From assembly GCA_026026165.1 (NCBI GenBank), contig JAPEUD010000039.1:186001-222532 (forward strand): a stretch of DNA of 36,532 nucleotides, read 5' to 3'. Both the position numbers and the translations under genes were made by a program. Positions within the stretch are counted from its first letter, which is position 1; the number at the start of each line of letters is the position of its first letter. This stretch comes from Sarea resinae. Lineage: Eukaryota. Shown one piece after another: positions 32,930 through 36,532 of this stretch. Under the pieces are notes generated by a model, which had not been told where the DNA came from, did no database searches, and saw nothing but the letters and a program-made list of their open reading frames with translations.

Positions 32930-34760
32930 ATTATAATTGTTATTATTCTACTATAAGCTAAACTATTAAGTCTTAATCTGCTATTAATATAGCTACACTC
33001 TTTAAAATATAGACTGCTACTTAAAGGACAGTTATATAATGCTAGCTAAAGAGTAATATCTACTTAGAGTGTAGTATTAAGGCTATAGCTTACTTAATCT
33101 ATATACTATACCTTTGCTACTACTAAATTACTTTGTATTTCTTGCTCTAGAGGTATCTACTAATAGCTTTACTTATTAAGACTATAGTTTTAGTATAGCA
33201 AATTGCTAGATTATATAAAAGTATAGCAATAAGCAGCACACCTAGTCTGCTAATTAAGAGAAAGAAAAAGAAGAAGAAGAAAAGAACTTACTAAATTAGT
33301 AGCTAGTCCTAGTGCAGACCTTCTTTACTAGTAGGCTATAGTAATACTTTCTAGTCTAGCTAGTAGAAAAGAGGCATATAAAGAAGAGCTACAATAATAA
33401 TTAACTAGGTAAAGCAGCCTCTAATAACCTAGCAAGTTAGATCTAGTATAAGTTTAATGCTTAGTAAGCTGTGTATAAGTAGAGTTAGGCTTTAATTAAG
33501 AGTAAAGTGTAGAAGACTAATTAAACAGGCTAGTTTAGTTACACTAGCTAGCTAACCTACTTACATTGTTAGAATATAGCCTACTTTCTCTATACTAGTA
33601 AGCTCTTAACCTAGCGACTTAGGTAGCAGCAGCACTAGTAGTAAAGGTAAAGGTAGAGGTAAAGGTAAGATTTTAACTATATCTTAAGCTAGGTAGCTAA
33701 GGTCACCTAACTAATAATTAAGCGCTATATAGCTAGGCTAGCTACCTTACTATATAAGCTCTACTACTAGCTATATAGTAAGAAGCAGACTAAAGTGTAT
33801 CTAAAGCTATTAGGTTAGCTATAGAGCGCTAAAGCCTAGGTGCGCTATACTAACTATTAGGCGTGTCTAATCTGCTACTACTTATATATCTTTACCTACT
33901 ACACTTTTACTACAGCTAATAATAATAATACAGCAGATATATAGCTAAAAGATACTAATAAATTGCTGTATCTAATAGTAGAGCAGAATAAGCGCTTATA
34001 GGCTATCTAAGAGTTGCTTAAGCTAGATAGTAATAAGTCTTTATAGGTTAACTAAGTCCTTACCTTCTTATAAGCGCTAATCTTTTACCTACTACTACTA
34101 GTAGACTCTTTTAATAGTGTGCTAATCTACTTCCTTACTATACTTAGTATTAACTCTCTTATTAATTAGCTATATATAGTAATGCACTACTTCTACTAGC
34201 TAGCTAGAGTAGTCTACTATATATAAGTAATTAAGGCTAAAGCGCTTCTGCTAGCAGTAGTATAGCAGTAATAAGGCCTAGCTAAGTAGAAGCACTTCTT
34301 AGCCTAGTGTAAGAGATTCTTTACTAATAGCTTACTAAGCCTAATAAGCATAATAATTAGCCTGCTTATATACACTAAGTATATTAGTATATAGTAGCTA
34401 AGTATAGCTATAATAAGCTAGGCTAATAATGCTTAGTCGCTATACTTCTATAGCAAGCTAATTATAATTATCTACTTCTAGCAGATAGCGCACTAGGTAA
34501 TTAAGGCTACTAAGGCTATCCTTTAGCCTAAGCTAATATAGTGCTACTAACTAAGTAACTGCTTTATTATTAACCTAGCTAGTATTAAGGACAACATAGC
34601 CTTTATATAGTAGAATTAGTCTTTCTTTAGCAACCTAGCTAACTAGCTTAATTAAAGGCTCTCCTTTATAGTAGCATAGGTTACCTACACTACTTAATAC
34701 TTCTAAATAGTCTAGAAGAAAGAAAAGAGAAAAGAAGATAAGAAACTACTCTAATAGCGT
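32930..34760 (+). pseudogene. RIP-inactivated telomere-linked RecQ helicase (TLH)-type gene, N-terminal part only (DUF3505/OrsD-like zinc-finger region); helicase domain absent
   Basis: A single frame with TAA/TAG stops and G>A/C>T changes preserves family motifs in order: Y*VLICY*YSY (32970), VQTFFTSRL**YFLV (33310), KTN*TG*FS..TS*, RYTNY*ACLICYYL (33843), FNSVLIYFLTILSIN, LARVVYYI*VI, TNSLLSLISIIISLLIYTK (de-RIP: ADGSPSPMSMMISLLAYAK), YFYSKLI..YF*QIAH, IKDNIAF...SFFSNLAN. The start may lie further upstream. Confidence 0.82.
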
Positions 34761-36406
34761 TATTATAGGTTAGAATAGTTTAGTTAGGATTAGTTAGCAA
34801 GTTATATATATTGTTCTTAGAGTATATAGTTTAAAGAGGATAGTATTATATTAAGAGGTTAGGATTAAATTTAAAGAAGTTTATTAGTTTAGTTATGTTT
34901 AGCTTTTTAAGCAGCTTTTAAGTGTAAAGCAGTTCTTTATTCTTTAGTTAAATTAATTAATTAAGAGCTTTCCTACTACTTCTTTCTTAAAGAAGCAGTT
35001 ACTTTCTAATCTCTTTACTTTATACTATTCTACTAATTATACCTTAGTAGTAGGTTGTTAAGTAGTTGTTATAGCTATCTTATTAACTATATAAAGAGTT
35101 ATTAGGACTATCTAGGTGTTCTGCTTTAGCACTAATTTAGTGCGTCTATTTTGTCTCTCTATATTAGTAACCTATATAGGGCTTAAACTGTTTGCATTTA
35201 TATAGTTAAGTGTAATACTACTAAGCATATAACAATGTAGATTAAAACAACATGTTGAATTAGAAAGAGTAATATATTAGTAAAGAAGATAAGATATTAA
35301 TACTATTAACTGCTAAATAGATTAGATTAGTTAAAGCTATTTAGATAAGGCTACTAGAGACTCTATAAATTAGAGAAAGAGTGCTTTAGATTTAGATTAG
35401 AGATTGCACTCTTAGTAAACTTCTAGACAGTCTAATAGTTATATAACAACCTAGACTTATTATAGAACTTAACTCTATAACTAAATAAGAAGCTAAACAA
35501 TATAATACAACGTTAATAGATTAGACAAGTTTTTCGCTGTTATTAGCAAATAAGTAAGTAGAGTTCTTATATAAATCTCTTTAAAGTAAAGAGGTACCTC
35601 TAATAAAACAACACAAACAAACAGCAATAGCAAAGTGTAGAGAGAGAGACTTCTTAAGAGAAAGAGAGAATAAGAAGAAAAAGTTGCTACTATATATTAA
35701 AAAAGCTTGTCCTTTAGATTGTTTAAGAAACTATAAGAATTATTACACTAGCTATTATCGCTACTATATCTGCCTTATCTACTAGCTTAAATATAAGTCC
35801 TATTATAGGATTAACTCTAGTAGTGTTTACTTTGCTAAGAGAAAGCACTATAGAGTCTTCTAGCCTTTAATACTTACAGCCTATACCTTCTCTTAGAAGT
35901 TATAGCATGCCTTACTTTACTAGAGTTAATACTACTAAATTCCTTAAGCAATATAAAGGAATATATATAGACTACTAGCTTAGCCTTAAAGAAGCATTTA
36001 AGAGGCTGCTATACTACTATAAGAGTATTATAGCTAGGAACATTAAGACTATACTAGAATTTAAAACTAACTAGAAAGAATTTAAGAAATCCTTACTAAA
36101 GGAATACACTAATTAAGATATAGAACAATAGATTAACTCTTATACCTATCTTAAAGCCTTAAAGAACAGAACTAGAGCCTAGAAGACAGCTAAGGAAATT
36201 CGCTATTACTGCTGCTAATTTATAAGCATCTCTTATAGTCTTATCTAGAAGAATAAACTTAATAGATACTCTTACCTCCTCTAGTTTCTATAAGGTCTTC
36301 TAGAGACTATATAAGCAAAAGTTATTTCTTAGAGATATATTAACCTTAATAAGTACAGCATTACTAACCTAGACTTTAAGAAAGTATATAACCTAGCTAT
36401 TAAACA
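34761..36406 (+). mobile_element. RIP-mutated Ty3/Gypsy-like LTR retrotransposon, 5' part (putative LTR/leader plus truncated gag)
   Basis: Frame about 35850-36406 reads PIPSLRSYSMPYFTRVNTTKFLKQYKGIYIDY*LSLKEAFKRLLYYY...*KEFKKSLLKEYTN*DIEQ*INSYTYLKALKN...IRYYCC*FISIS...LL*FL*GLLE. After de-RIP this gives a fungal gag-like pattern (PGSHGMPYF.G.N.TEFL..Y...C.DY...RLPYYC...W...L.KEY...WFLQGLP). The left boundary is inferred from where TLH similarity stops; LTR ends are not resolved. Confidence 0.72.
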
Positions 36407-36532
36407 AGGGTTAGGGTTAGGGTTAGGGTTAGGGTTAGGGTTAGGGTTAGGGTTAGGGTTAGGGTTAGGGTTAGGGTTAGGGTTAGGGTTAGGGTTAGGG
36501 TTAGGGTTAGGGTTAGGGTTAGGGTTAGGGTT
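36407..36532 (+). repeat. Telomere: AGGG + (TTAGGG)20 + TT to the end of the window
   Basis: Perfect TTAGGG array from 36411 to 36532, G-rich strand pointing to the end. Confidence 0.99.

Larger units (their letters stand above)
28700..36406. other. Heavily RIP-mutated AT-rich subtelomeric domain
   Basis: Abrupt shift to AT-rich DNA saturated with TpA (TAG, TAA, CTA, TATA) and depleted of CpA, TpG and CpG. No ORFs in the track. Relic reading frames are broken by TAA/TAG. Confidence 0.95.

Noticed and set aside
33400..34700. Minus-strand reading frame in the RIP region
   Set aside because: It is the same-register antisense shadow of the plus-strand TLH relic, which carries the recognisable motifs.

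Overview
Right-hand chromosome end of a filamentous ascomycete (GT-AG introns with CTRAC branch sites, RIP signature, terminal TTAGGG array). The gene-rich part (1 to about 27.4 kb) holds, in order: a DDX60-like DExH helicase running off the left edge, a SAM methyltransferase, an SSU1-like TDT/SLAC1 transporter, a possible small orphan ORF, a lone UstYa/DUF3328 oxidase, a divergent Upc2-like Zn2Cys6 regulator and RTA1 pair with a duplicated 17-bp promoter motif, a very large protein with a C-terminal CorA-like membrane module, an NLR-like gene (HeLo-like N-terminus, NACHT, ankyrins), and a DUF1275 membrane protein. A small decayed ORF overlaps the NLR stop codon by 20 nt, which is the best candidate for an undescribed system. 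From about 28.7 kb the DNA is heavily RIP-mutated. Reading through the RIP stops by hand reveals two telomere-linked-helicase (TLH)-like relics, an unknown gene relic, a 31-bp minisatellite and a Ty3/Gypsy-like element that interrupts the distal TLH. That element is cut off inside gag by the telomere, suggesting de novo telomere healing. All family calls come from motif recognition by eye; no database searches were run. Exon boundaries and de-RIP reconstructions are manual.
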